64,000 nucleotides of DNA from positions 1 through 64,000 of the forward strand of contig JBEGVZ010000085.1 of the NCBI GenBank assembly GCA_041178085.1. The letters are read 5' to 3'. Under the pieces are notes generated by a model. It searched no databases, was not told the origin of the DNA, and was given only the letters and a program-made list of their open reading frames with translations. Shown here piece by piece: positions 32,677 to 41,780 of this stretch. The position numbers and the translations under genes are program-made. How positions within the stretch are numbered: the stretch's first letter is position 1; every line of letters begins with the position of its first letter. Origin of the DNA: Pseudomonadota bacterium. GTDB lineage: Bacteria > Bdellovibrionota_B > Oligoflexia > Oligoflexales > RGVZ01.

Positions 32677-33026
32677 AGTCGTTCAGCGTCGCTGCACTGG
32701 GCCTCAATCCCTGGGTCAATTTGATTCTTGCCGGATGTTTTGAGATGGGCTTCACGACCTGCATGAAGCTTTCGGACGGTTTTACGCGTTGGCCCTGGGT
32801 CGCTGGATTTCTTGGCTTTGCAGTCCTTAGCTTTGCCTGTCTCTCGGCATCGCTGTCAGAAATACCCCTTGGAACGGCCTATGCAGTCTGGACCGGGCTT
32901 GGGGCCTTTGGCACCGCGGTGATCGGTATTCTTTTTTTCAACGAGCCGGCCAGTGCGGCGCGGATCATCTTGCTCCTTCTTTTGATCGCGTCCATTGTAG
33001 GACTGAAGGCGTTTTCAAACGCCTGA
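32673..33026 (+). CDS. SMR family efflux transporter (SugE/Gdx-like)
   Basis: W-x-x-L-x-x-AG-x-x-E, IPLGTAYAVWTGLG, GLK; 4 TM helices. Confidence 0.9.
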   Translation: MKSFSVAALGLNPWVNLILAGCFEMGFTTCMKLSDGFTRWPWVAGFLGFAVLSFACLSASLSEIPLGTAYAVWTGLGAFGTAVIGILFFNEPASAARIILLLLLIASIVGLKAFSNA

Positions 33027-33042
33027 GCGAAGGAGTGTTGCA

Positions 33043-33657
33043 ATGAAAATCGCAGTGATCAGTGGTAGCCACCGGGCTAATAGCCAGTCACGCAAGGTGG
33101 CAGATTTTATTTGCAAGCAATTGGGCGAGATGTCTGGTTTTGCCGAGCCGTGGCTTTTTGATCTTGCGACCGAAAAACTTCCCCTTTGGGACGAAGGGGT
33201 TTGGTCCGGTGAGGAGCGCTGGAAAAAGATCTGGCAGCCGGTCTCGCAAAACCTCAAAGCATGCGATGGCCTTGTGGTCATAGCGCCTGAATATGCGGGC
33301 ATGGTACCGGCTGCCCTGAAAAATTTCTTTCTGTTAACGGGTAACGCCGAAGTCGGCCACAAGCCTGCGCTCATCGTCACGGTCTCTGCGGGAATGGGTG
33401 GGGCCTACCCAAACATGGAACTGCGCGCCTCAAGCTACAAAAACAACCGCATTCTCTATATCCCCGATCATGTTGTGATCCGGAATGTGGAACACCTGAT
33501 GAATGTCGCCCATGACGGGGACATCACACCCGAGGACCAGTACATCCGTGGACGCCTGGCCTACTCTCTTGGTGTGCTCAATGAATATGCCAAAGCGCTG
33601 AAGGTGGTCCGGGAAAGCGGAATCATTGATTTCAAGACTTACCCCAACGGGATGTAA
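33043..33657 (+). CDS. NAD(P)H-dependent FMN reductase family protein
   Basis: MKIAVISGSHRANSQS, PEYAGMVPAALKN, KPALIVTVSAGMGG; AAGGAG RBS. Confidence 0.9.
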   Translation: MKIAVISGSHRANSQSRKVADFICKQLGEMSGFAEPWLFDLATEKLPLWDEGVWSGEERWKKIWQPVSQNLKACDGLVVIAPEYAGMVPAALKNFFLLTGNAEVGHKPALIVTVSAGMGGAYPNMELRASSYKNNRILYIPDHVVIRNVEHLMNVAHDGDITPEDQYIRGRLAYSLGVLNEYAKALKVVRESGIIDFKTYPNGM

Positions 33658-33669
33658 TGGGTTTCGGGA

Positions 33670-34773
33670 TTACATCTTCGACATGACTCCGGCCTTCACT
33701 TGAAGCAAGAATCTGTGGCCGAACTTGTCGGCATTGCTGGTTTCTTCAAACCGCGCTTGAGATCCCGCAAGACCGAAGTAGGGCATGAATTTATCCGTGT
33801 ACCGGGTCCACCGGGTGCCGATGGAGAGAGAAGTGATGTTGTCATCGATCTCACCCGTCTCAGTGACGTCGGCCGAGTTTCCCTTTTTGTCTCCGTCTCC
33901 TTGCCGGATGTCAAACCACTGCCAGCGGATAAATGGAGTCCACTCGCCAGACGCATACTCGACCAGGCCGGAAACGTAGCTCCTGCGATGAATGAACTCC
34001 TCTTCTCCGTTTCGACGCCCCTGCTGGTCTTGGGCCATGTGCAGAAAGCCAAGCCATGGGCCTTCTTGGTAAAGAGCGCCAAGCGTTGCAATTCGTGAGT
34101 GGCCCGCGTCGTAAGTTGCCAGCTGCAGCATGGGCTTCCATGCTGTGCCAAGAAAGCCCGGGATTTGCACTTGAAAGGTCGCGGCTGGTTGCGTGCCAGA
34201 GGAATAATATCCCCCGCCCGTCCGCACTCCGGCGTCGTCTTCAATGATCTTCACGTCATCAATGATCTGGAGCTTCCAGGAAGGACTCTCGGGCGAAGCC
34301 TGAAAGGCCACTTCAAAAGTCTGCTTGCTGTAGCCGCTGAGGATCGCAGTGGCCCCCTGCGTCATGGGGAAACCTCCGGTGCCGACATATTCCGTGAGCG
34401 AGTAAGGCCACTCGTATCCAGAGATATGATTCCACGTTCGACCACTGCCGATTGACCAGCGTGGGTCGAGCTGGAGACGGAGCATGGCATAATCCAGCGG
34501 CGTTTTAGCCGTCGGCTCAAAGGCAAGCCGGATAAAAAAAGTGATCGATGGCGCGAGTTCGCCCGTGAGCTTCAATTTCATGCGCTCAATAGCCATGTTG
34601 GCCGCCGGACGTTCGCGCTGTGTGTCCTCTGGATTTTGAAAACCTCGATTGTCAAAAGAAAGGCCGGAGCGGAATTCATGCCCGGTTTTTGGCCACTTGA
34701 TTTCTTCGGCAAAGGCTCTGCCTTGTGTTGCGATAAACGCAGCCATAAAACCGATCCAGAATTTCCGCCCCAT
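33670..34773 (-). CDS. Outer-membrane porin-like beta-barrel protein
   Basis: Signal peptide MGRKFWIGFMAAFIATQGRAFA; IERMKLKLTG...LDYA pattern reminiscent of phosphate-selective porins; start trimmed. Confidence 0.6.
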   Translation of the reverse strand: MGRKFWIGFMAAFIATQGRAFAEEIKWPKTGHEFRSGLSFDNRGFQNPEDTQRERPAANMAIERMKLKLTGELAPSITFFIRLAFEPTAKTPLDYAMLRLQLDPRWSIGSGRTWNHISGYEWPYSLTEYVGTGGFPMTQGATAILSGYSKQTFEVAFQASPESPSWKLQIIDDVKIIEDDAGVRTGGGYYSSGTQPAATFQVQIPGFLGTAWKPMLQLATYDAGHSRIATLGALYQEGPWLGFLHMAQDQQGRRNGEEEFIHRRSYVSGLVEYASGEWTPFIRWQWFDIRQGDGDKKGNSADVTETGEIDDNITSLSIGTRWTRYTDKFMPYFGLAGSQARFEETSNADKFGHRFLLQVKAGVMSKM

Positions 34774-34798
34774 GCTCTCGATTCCCCAATGGATTATT

Positions 34799-35332
34799 TC
34801 AGCAAGCTTTTGCGTCTTCACGGAGTCGCCAGACGCCCCGGCGAAGATCGTACACGAACCACCTGGTGTTGGCATTGCCGGCTGTATTCAGTCCCTTGAG
34901 GGCGATCTCCCGCGCACGGCTCGCCAGCTTTACCAGGTTGTGGGCTGAAGCCAGCTTGAATTGTTGTGACGCCTCTTCGGCACCGGCGCGCGGGTAAAGC
35001 GCAGCGAGAAGATCCTGACGGTCAAGTTCCTGGCCCGGGGCATCGATCAAAGTTTTGAACAGTTTGAAGAGAAGGGGCCGGTAATTCATGGCGACTTTCT
35101 CGTTGCCACAGTGAACGTGGCATTCGCTGTACCAGACGGGTGGCGGAAGTAGCCCCGCACCGGCAATCTTTGCCGTGTCTTGCTGCAAGCTAAAGGCGTC
35201 CGTCAGGCGCGCCGTGATCACGGCCAGCTCACTTGCCCTTGAGCGCAGGCCTTGAAACATGGCCAGGGTTTCGACCCGGTCAAAAAGCGTGTTTTCCTGT
35301 GCCGGTCTAATCGTTGCGAGATCAAATTGCAT
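34799..35332 (-). CDS. Winged-helix DNA-binding protein (OmpR/PhoB-effector-like, no receiver domain)
   Basis: PLLFKLFKTL...LDRQDLLAALY...NLVKLASRAR...FVYD...GVWRL; AGGAGG RBS. Confidence 0.6.
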   Translation of the reverse strand: MQFDLATIRPAQENTLFDRVETLAMFQGLRSRASELAVITARLTDAFSLQQDTAKIAGAGLLPPPVWYSECHVHCGNEKVAMNYRPLLFKLFKTLIDAPGQELDRQDLLAALYPRAGAEEASQQFKLASAHNLVKLASRAREIALKGLNTAGNANTRWFVYDLRRGVWRLREDAKAC

Positions 35333-35728
35333 GGGACATCCTCCTGTGTCTCAAAGGGGCGAACGCGTCGCGCGCCCGGCCCCGGTTTCAGGGGATGGGA
35401 AATGTAGGATTCCCGGACAGGATGCAATCGCGTTGCGCAGAGGACATCTGCTCACATGTCATGATTCATGAGGAAATCAGGCTGCTTGCGACAATCTTGT
35501 CAGGCCACGGGAACTCCCTGGCAAGAACCGGCATCCATGACGAAATTTCGTAGACACTCTTTTTGAGGGCGGGTTATACGGCGTCGGCTGGGCCTTGGGG
35601 AGAGGTAGTTGGTGGGCGGTGGGATCTTTTGCCGGATGGCTGCTCGATCCCTCACAAACGGCCCGGAGCCGACGCTGTCCGGTGAGCCCGGATTGTTTTC
35701 ATGATCAGACACCTATGCTGAGAAATCG

Positions 35729-36139
35729 ATGAGTCGTGAAAGATGGCATCCGCTGCCGGCCAAAGCCTTCGCCGGACTGGATCTTTTAAGCCGCTGGAAG
35801 CCCTACCGCGAGGGCATGTGCAATGGCTGTCTGTCCTATTGTTGCCATTTGCCGGTCGAGGCATCAGCGAGCGACATGGTCAGACTGGGCTTTGCTGAAC
35901 AAGATGAGTACCGCGATTCCCCGCGCAAACTTTTCCGCAAGCTGTCAGCTCAAAAAATTGTCTCTGCATTCCGCCAGAAGACGGGTCTCTTCACGCTTGC
36001 TCAGAAACCCGATGGCAGTTGTATTTTTCTTGGCGCGGACCGGCGCTGCACGGTTTACGAAAAGAGGCCCGAAGTGTGCCGCAAGTTCCCTTCCGTTGGC
36101 CCCCGGCCGGGGTTTTGCCCGGAACGTAAAATGAAGTGA
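35729..36139 (+). CDS. YkgJ family cysteine-cluster protein
   Basis: CNGCLSYCC, CIFL...CTVYEKRPEVCRKFP. Confidence 0.9.
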   Translation: MSRERWHPLPAKAFAGLDLLSRWKPYREGMCNGCLSYCCHLPVEASASDMVRLGFAEQDEYRDSPRKLFRKLSAQKIVSAFRQKTGLFTLAQKPDGSCIFLGADRRCTVYEKRPEVCRKFPSVGPRPGFCPERKMK

Positions 36140-36181
36140 CTTTACGGGCTTTTGGCAGTCGAATCCATTTAACGGTGTGGT

Positions 36182-37393
36182 TTACCGGGCATGGGCGGGG
36201 CTTAGTTTTCTGGCAATGACCGCTGCAGCCCCCGTCAAGGTGGCGGCCACATAAAAAGGCCATGTCGGATTCAGTTGGAAGATCGCGCCGGCAGCTGCAG
36301 GTCCGAGCACCCGGCCCAAAGAGGCCAGCGACTGATTGAGGCCAAGGACACTGCCCTGCTCCGAAGGGTCGCTCGATTTGGAGATGAGGGATGAGTTGGA
36401 TGGATTGAACGTGCCAGATCCCGTCGCCAGAAGGACTGCCGTGCATACCATCAAGGGAAAGACACCCGTCTGGCCAGCCAGCGGAATCGCAACCATCGCG
36501 AGCGTCAGGACAATCAGTCCCCAGCGCGCGAGCTTGATCTCGCCAAACGTACGTGTCAGTCGGCCGATTAGAAAACCTTGGATCAAGACTGCCGTAAATC
36601 CAACCGCTACCAGGTAGACGGCAGTCAGTTGCGAGGCCGCCCTGATGCGCGCCTCCCCTGCCGATTCAGTGACCCAGATCGCTTCAATGAAAAGGCCGAT
36701 CACCTGCTCCATGATCGCAAAGCCCAGGGTGTAGATGAACGTCATGGTGAAAAGAGTGCCCACGTTTGGCCGTTTCGCAGCTTCCTTTAAAGCCGCCCAT
36801 GAGATGAACTTGCGATGGTTGCGAGCAGCCGCGCCGGGTTTCAGGGTCTCGGGCAGCATGAAGGCGGCAAAGATGAAGTTGCCGACTGCCAGAATCGCCG
36901 AGAAGTAGGCAGGCCAGACCGGGGAGTATTGGCCAAGGATGCCGCCAATTGCAGGTCCAATGATGAAACCAAGGCCAAAAGCCGCTCCGATCAGGCCCAT
37001 ACCCTTGGCGCGGTCCTCCGGACGGGTCACGTCAGAGATAATGGCCTGCGCAGTGCCCAGGTTGGCGTTGCCAAATCCGGCCAGCATCCTGGCAGCAAAA
37101 AGGGTTGCCAGATTTTGCCCCAGGCCAAAGATGAGGTGGCCAACGGCACTTACGGCGACGCTGAGCAGGATCACCGGACGGCGTCCAATGCGGTCGGAAA
37201 CCCGCCCCCAGAAGGGGGCAAATAGAAACTGCATGAGCGAGTATGACGCCCCGAGCAGAGTTACCTGCGCGGCCGTAGCACCAAAGTTTTCGACATAGAA
37301 TGGCTGGATCGGGATCATGATCCCGAAGCCGAGCAGGTCCAGGAAGATGGTAAAGAAAGCGATCGCAAGTGGGCGGGAGCTTTGGGATTTCAT
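36182..37393 (-). CDS. MFS transporter (TetA/DHA1-like)
   Basis: FLDLLGFGIMIP, GRVSDRIGRRP motif A, GAAFGLGFIIGPAIGG motif C. Confidence 0.93.
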   Translation of the reverse strand: MKSQSSRPLAIAFFTIFLDLLGFGIMIPIQPFYVENFGATAAQVTLLGASYSLMQFLFAPFWGRVSDRIGRRPVILLSVAVSAVGHLIFGLGQNLATLFAARMLAGFGNANLGTAQAIISDVTRPEDRAKGMGLIGAAFGLGFIIGPAIGGILGQYSPVWPAYFSAILAVGNFIFAAFMLPETLKPGAAARNHRKFISWAALKEAAKRPNVGTLFTMTFIYTLGFAIMEQVIGLFIEAIWVTESAGEARIRAASQLTAVYLVAVGFTAVLIQGFLIGRLTRTFGEIKLARWGLIVLTLAMVAIPLAGQTGVFPLMVCTAVLLATGSGTFNPSNSSLISKSSDPSEQGSVLGLNQSLASLGRVLGPAAAGAIFQLNPTWPFYVAATLTGAAAVIARKLSPAHAR

Positions 37394-37553
37394 CTCAGTC
37401 TTTCCGGGAAGCTAAAAAGGGCCCCATTCAGGGCTAGCATCCCCTGCGAAAATAGATCAACGGCCTTGCCCAACGCAACCGCCAAGCTGCCGAAATCACC
37501 CGAACTTGGGGTTACCTGGGATATACTTGAAGACTGGGACGGAGGCCCACCCC

Positions 37554-39221
37554 ATGCCAGCCAGTAAAAAAGTGAAAAAGCCAGCGACGAAAACGGCTCC
37601 TGCAAAAAAAGCGACGGTCAAGACAGCTGTCAAAACCACCGTCAAGACAGCGACCAAAACTGCTGTGCCGCCGCCAAAAAAAGCGCCACCCGTCGCAACA
37701 AAGAAACCACTCATGGCACCCGCCCGTCGTCCGGCACCGGTGGTCCAGGCTGTGCCAGCAAAAGTCGTGGCACCGCCAGCGGCCCTTCCCCAACTCACTC
37801 TGGAAAAGGTGTTTGAATGCCTTGATCCAGTGATCCGGGATAAGGGTGGTGTCGCCAAAGAAGACACGGAATTGAAGCACCTGTGCACCGACTCGCGTTT
37901 GTGCAAGAAAGGGGACGTGTTTGTTGCGCTCGGCGGGCAAAACGTTCACGGCTTTGACTTCATTCCCGCAGCAGTAAAAGGGGGCGCGGCGGTGGTGGTG
38001 TGCGACCGGCCGCGACCAGCCGACCTGCCAGCAGGTGTTCACTACATTGAAGTCGAAGATGCCCTTTTGGCCTTCCGCAAACTTGCGGGCAGGTGGCGTG
38101 CAGAATTCAACATCCCGGTGATCGCAGTCGCCGGAAGCGTCGGCAAGACCACGACCAAGGACATGCTGGCAGCAATTCTAGCTGGCCACTTCAAGTCGAC
38201 GCTGAAAACCGAGGGCAGCCAGAATGGCTTTACGGGCATCCCAGCCACGCTCGCCAGGCTGCGCAAAGAGAACAAGGCCGCCGTGATTGAAGTCGGAATC
38301 GATGATATTGGCGCAATGTCCCAGCACATCGACCTCGTGAAACCCGGCATGGCCGTTGTCACGTCCATCGGTCCGGAGCATCTTGAACGCCTGAAAAACA
38401 TCGACACCGTTGCCGCCGAAGAGACTCTGGCGCTGAAGCGCACAGCCGTCGCCGGTGGAATCGCAATTATTAACCTCGACGATGAACATTGCCGCCCGTT
38501 TTTTGCTTCCTTGAAGCCTGAACACCGCGTTGGATTTTCTCTTTATCCCAAGCTCAAGCCGCGGCCGGATGTCCTGATAGGCCGTCTATCCCTCGATGGT
38601 GACGTGCTCGAAGTGTCGGGCGACATCCGTGGGATGCGCCTGGCCCGGGAAAAGTTCACCCTTCCCCTTCCTGGCAAGCACAACGCGGCGAACCTGCTGG
38701 CTGCGGTCACGGCAGCAGCCGTAGCCGGCGTGTCTCCAGACGAAATGCGCAAGGGCCTTGAAGGGTTCGTCCCGGGTTTTGGACGTTCCCGCATTGAGCA
38801 GCTCGCCAGTGGCGTGCTGGTCATTTGCGATTATTACAATGCAAGCCCATCCTCCGTCTCAGCGGCCCTGGACCTTCTGCGGGAGCGTTCGTCGGTTAAG
38901 GGGCGTCGGGGCAAAAAGTACGCTTGCCTTGGCGACATGCTTGAACTCGGTCGCGAGGAGGAAACGATGCACCGCCGCCTTGCCGACAAGCTGGCCGCCG
39001 CCGGTGTCGACAAGGTCCTTCTCTTTGGTGAGCGGATGAAGTGGTTGGCCGATGAGCTCAAGCGGCGCAAGTTTGAAAGCGACGTGGAGCACTTCGACTC
39101 GCACCTGACGATGTCTGATCACCTCAGGCAAAACCTGCGTCCAGATGATTATGTTTTAATCAAAGGATCGCGTGGGATGGCCATGGAGCGGGTCTGGGAA
39201 ATCCTCAAAGAGACTGTCTGA
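37554..39221 (+). CDS. murF: UDP-MurNAc-tripeptide--D-Ala-D-Ala ligase with Lys/Ala/Pro-rich N-terminal extension
   Basis: TDSR, AGSVGKTTTKDML, DYYNASPSS, LGDMLELG, IKGSRGMAME; ATG 37554 after GGAGG. Confidence 0.95.
   Translation: MPASKKVKKPATKTAPAKKATVKTAVKTTVKTATKTAVPPPKKAPPVATKKPLMAPARRPAPVVQAVPAKVVAPPAALPQLTLEKVFECLDPVIRDKGGVAKEDTELKHLCTDSRLCKKGDVFVALGGQNVHGFDFIPAAVKGGAAVVVCDRPRPADLPAGVHYIEVEDALLAFRKLAGRWRAEFNIPVIAVAGSVGKTTTKDMLAAILAGHFKSTLKTEGSQNGFTGIPATLARLRKENKAAVIEVGIDDIGAMSQHIDLVKPGMAVVTSIGPEHLERLKNIDTVAAEETLALKRTAVAGGIAIINLDDEHCRPFFASLKPEHRVGFSLYPKLKPRPDVLIGRLSLDGDVLEVSGDIRGMRLAREKFTLPLPGKHNAANLLAAVTAAAVAGVSPDEMRKGLEGFVPGFGRSRIEQLASGVLVICDYYNASPSSVSAALDLLRERSSVKGRRGKKYACLGDMLELGREEETMHRRLADKLAAAGVDKVLLFGERMKWLADELKRRKFESDVEHFDSHLTMSDHLRQNLRPDDYVLIKGSRGMAMERVWEILKETV
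37617..37664 (+). repeat. Imperfect 12-nt tandem repeat (4 copies) within the murF 5' extension
   Basis: GTCAAGACAGCT GTCAAAACCACC GTCAAGACAGCG ACCAAAACTGCT, encoding VKTA VKTT VKTA TKTA. Confidence 0.75.
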
Positions 39222-39335
39222 CAAGGCTTTCAGGAAAAACCTGCACTTTAGGGTGACATCCGGCGCCTGCTCCGATATCATTCTCCCAAGTAGCCGAAAA
39301 AGTTACATAACTTGACGCTTTTTTTGGGAAAGCTC

Positions 39336-40628
39336 ATGGCGCACTCCAGGTGGATCCGCTTGGTTTGTCTGGCACAGGTCCTGGCTCTGGCACCGCTTGC
39401 TGGAGCGGCCAGCTATCAGGACGTTGACCATTCCTTCTCCTTCGAATTTTACGCCACGGATGTTTTTCCGTGGATCGATGGGTCTCGCTCCGGTGCGGTC
39501 AAGGACACGCGCGGCGAGATGGCCAAAGCCCTTCAGTCGATGATCACTGGAACCCGCAGTCGCCTTGAAGTTGCCCTTTACGGAACCAAAAAGCAGGGAT
39601 GGTTTATCGAATCCCTGCGCAAGCTGGCGAATCGACGGGAAAGCGTCCCGGTGGAAGTGGTTGTGGACCAGCGGGTGGGCGATGTCGGCGACTGGAACCC
39701 CGATAATTTTGATTACTCGGACACGGTTGAACTGGCAAAGACGCTTGGTGATGAGGCAGTAAGACCCGATGTCGATGCGTCGGGCGCGGTCAACGTCAAT
39801 TCCATCATGCACAACAAGTTCGTGGTGGCCGATCGCAAGAAGGTTTGGCTCGGCAGTGCCAACGTCAGCCACACTGACATGGGCAGCGATTACAACGTGA
39901 ACGTCGCCCTGCTCTTGAAAAACCCCGAAATCGCTCGTGTTTACTCGGACGAATTCCGCCAGATGTTCCATGACAGACGCTTCTCAACGGAAAAAATGGC
40001 TCGCGACGATCAAAGACCCTTCCGCTTCAAGGACGGCACCATCGCAGAGGTCTATTTTTCTCCCCAGGACGACACGATGAACCGTGCAATCCTGGAGTTT
40101 ATCCGCAGGTCCAGCAAGACTCTCGACATCGCCATGTTTTTCCTGACTGACATGAAGGCAGCCACCGCCCTCAAGGATGCCGTCAAGCGGGGCGTCAAGG
40201 TTCGTTTGATCTACGATGCCCTCGCCGGAGCCCATGCCGCTTCCAAGCACAGCTGGTTGCGTGACCAGGGGGTCGACGTGCGCGTGGAGAACTGGGGCGG
40301 CAAGATGCACATGAAGGCGGCAATTTCTGATGGTGCAGACGTGCTCCTTGGATCGGTCAATTGGTCCTCGGCAGGCGCCCTCAAAAATGACGAGAATACC
40401 CTGGTCGTCCGGCGCAACCAGAAACTGGCAGAACAGATGTCTGCCTATTACGAGAAGCTCTGGGCGACCCTTGAAGATGATTCTGGTGATGGCGACAGTG
40501 ACCGCAGCGCACGGCGCGTACCAAGAAATCCCCGCGCCGAAGGCAAGGAGTCGATCAATGCATGCCGCGATGGCATCGATAACGACCACGACGGTTTGGT
40601 TGACTCCGAAGATGACGGCTGCTCCTGA
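39336..40628 (+). CDS. Secreted phospholipase D superfamily protein (two HKD motifs) with acidic Cys-flanked C-terminal motif
   Basis: Signal peptide; HNKFVVAD...GSAN and HMKAAISD...GSVN; tail CRDGIDNDHDGLVDSEDDGC. Confidence 0.9.
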   Translation: MAHSRWIRLVCLAQVLALAPLAGAASYQDVDHSFSFEFYATDVFPWIDGSRSGAVKDTRGEMAKALQSMITGTRSRLEVALYGTKKQGWFIESLRKLANRRESVPVEVVVDQRVGDVGDWNPDNFDYSDTVELAKTLGDEAVRPDVDASGAVNVNSIMHNKFVVADRKKVWLGSANVSHTDMGSDYNVNVALLLKNPEIARVYSDEFRQMFHDRRFSTEKMARDDQRPFRFKDGTIAEVYFSPQDDTMNRAILEFIRRSSKTLDIAMFFLTDMKAATALKDAVKRGVKVRLIYDALAGAHAASKHSWLRDQGVDVRVENWGGKMHMKAAISDGADVLLGSVNWSSAGALKNDENTLVVRRNQKLAEQMSAYYEKLWATLEDDSGDGDSDRSARRVPRNPRAEGKESINACRDGIDNDHDGLVDSEDDGCS

Positions 40629-40661
40629 GGCCATAGTCCGTTTTTTTTCAAGGTTGTTTCA

Positions 40662-41780
40662 ATGACCAGGAAAACTCTCGTCCTTCTTTACGGCGGGCGC
40701 TCGACGGAGCATGACATTGCCCGAAAGAGCGCAGCATTTGTCTATAGGAACCTTGATCGGGGTGCTTTTGACCTGCATCTGGTCGGGATCGACAAACGAG
40801 GAAACTGGCACCCTCAAAGCACGACAACCTGGGAGCTGGAACCGGAATCCCTTCCCATCGTCCCGGCAGTCCAAGGCAAATCCCTTACTGCAGGCGCTCA
40901 CTTGCCAACAAACCCGCGCGAGGCTCTGGCGAGTCTTTGTGGCCTCACGGCGGCGCAGCTGGATCACTGTGTGTTTTTCCCGATGATCCATGGCAACTCA
41001 GGCGAAGATGGAACGCTCCAAGGGTTCTTTGAACTGGCAGGAGTTGCCTTTGTCGGCCCTGATACCCTCGGCTCGGCTGTTGGGATGGATAAAGTTGTGG
41101 CAAAACGCCTGGCCCACTCTGCAGGCATTCCGGTTGTTCCCTACATCGAAGTGACCGAGGAGTCCTGGCAAGTCGAGGCCGATGCAACTTGTAAGCGGGC
41201 TCTCGACCTCCTTGGCCTGCCGATTTTCGTCAAGCCATCCCGGCTTGGCAGCTCCGTCGGTGTCGTCAAGGTCAAGGAGGCGGCTTCGTTGAAGGGAGCC
41301 ATCGCAAGCGCACTTGAATACGACGACAAGGTCCTGGTGGAACAGGGCCTTGATGTGCGCGAGGTCGAATGTGCCATGCTTGGTCCTGTGACGCCAAAGC
41401 CATCGGTGATAGGCGAAGTGGTGCTGGAAGCTGATTTTTACTCTTTTGAAGAGAAATATGCCCAGGCATCCCGCGCATCGACAAAGGTTCCGGCGGATTT
41501 ACCGGACGACCTGGCAGCGGAGATCAAAACTCTCTCCGTCAGGCTTTTCCAGACACTCGGTCTTTACGGGATGGCACGGGTTGACTGGTTTCTCGACCGG
41601 AAGTCGGGCCAGCTATACTTCAATGAGGTGAACACGATCCCGGGGTTCACCGAGCGCTCCCACTATCCCCTTTTCTGGCGGCATACTGGCAAGGATTCAA
41701 AGCAGCTTCTCGAGGATTTGATTGAACTTGCCCTGCACCGGTCGCGGGTCAAGTTTGCGCTCAAACGCGAGTTCACCTGA
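40662..41780 (+). CDS. ddl: D-alanine--D-alanine ligase
   Basis: GGRSTEHDI, HGNSGEDG, MDKVVAK, KPSRLGSSVG, FYSFEEKY, NEVNTIPGFT. Confidence 0.97.
   Translation: MTRKTLVLLYGGRSTEHDIARKSAAFVYRNLDRGAFDLHLVGIDKRGNWHPQSTTTWELEPESLPIVPAVQGKSLTAGAHLPTNPREALASLCGLTAAQLDHCVFFPMIHGNSGEDGTLQGFFELAGVAFVGPDTLGSAVGMDKVVAKRLAHSAGIPVVPYIEVTEESWQVEADATCKRALDLLGLPIFVKPSRLGSSVGVVKVKEAASLKGAIASALEYDDKVLVEQGLDVREVECAMLGPVTPKPSVIGEVVLEADFYSFEEKYAQASRASTKVPADLPDDLAAEIKTLSVRLFQTLGLYGMARVDWFLDRKSGQLYFNEVNTIPGFTERSHYPLFWRHTGKDSKQLLEDLIELALHRSRVKFALKREFT

Noticed and set aside
36182..37393. Acquired tetracycline resistance gene
   Set aside because: Generic DHA1-type MFS with no adjacent tetR or mobile element; substrate cannot be inferred
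41436..41459. Ddl omega loop FYSFEEKY as a sign of D-Ala-D-Lac (vancomycin-resistance type) specificity
   Set aside because: The specificity-linked Tyr directly after the Lys (KY) is retained; the Phe is at a different position
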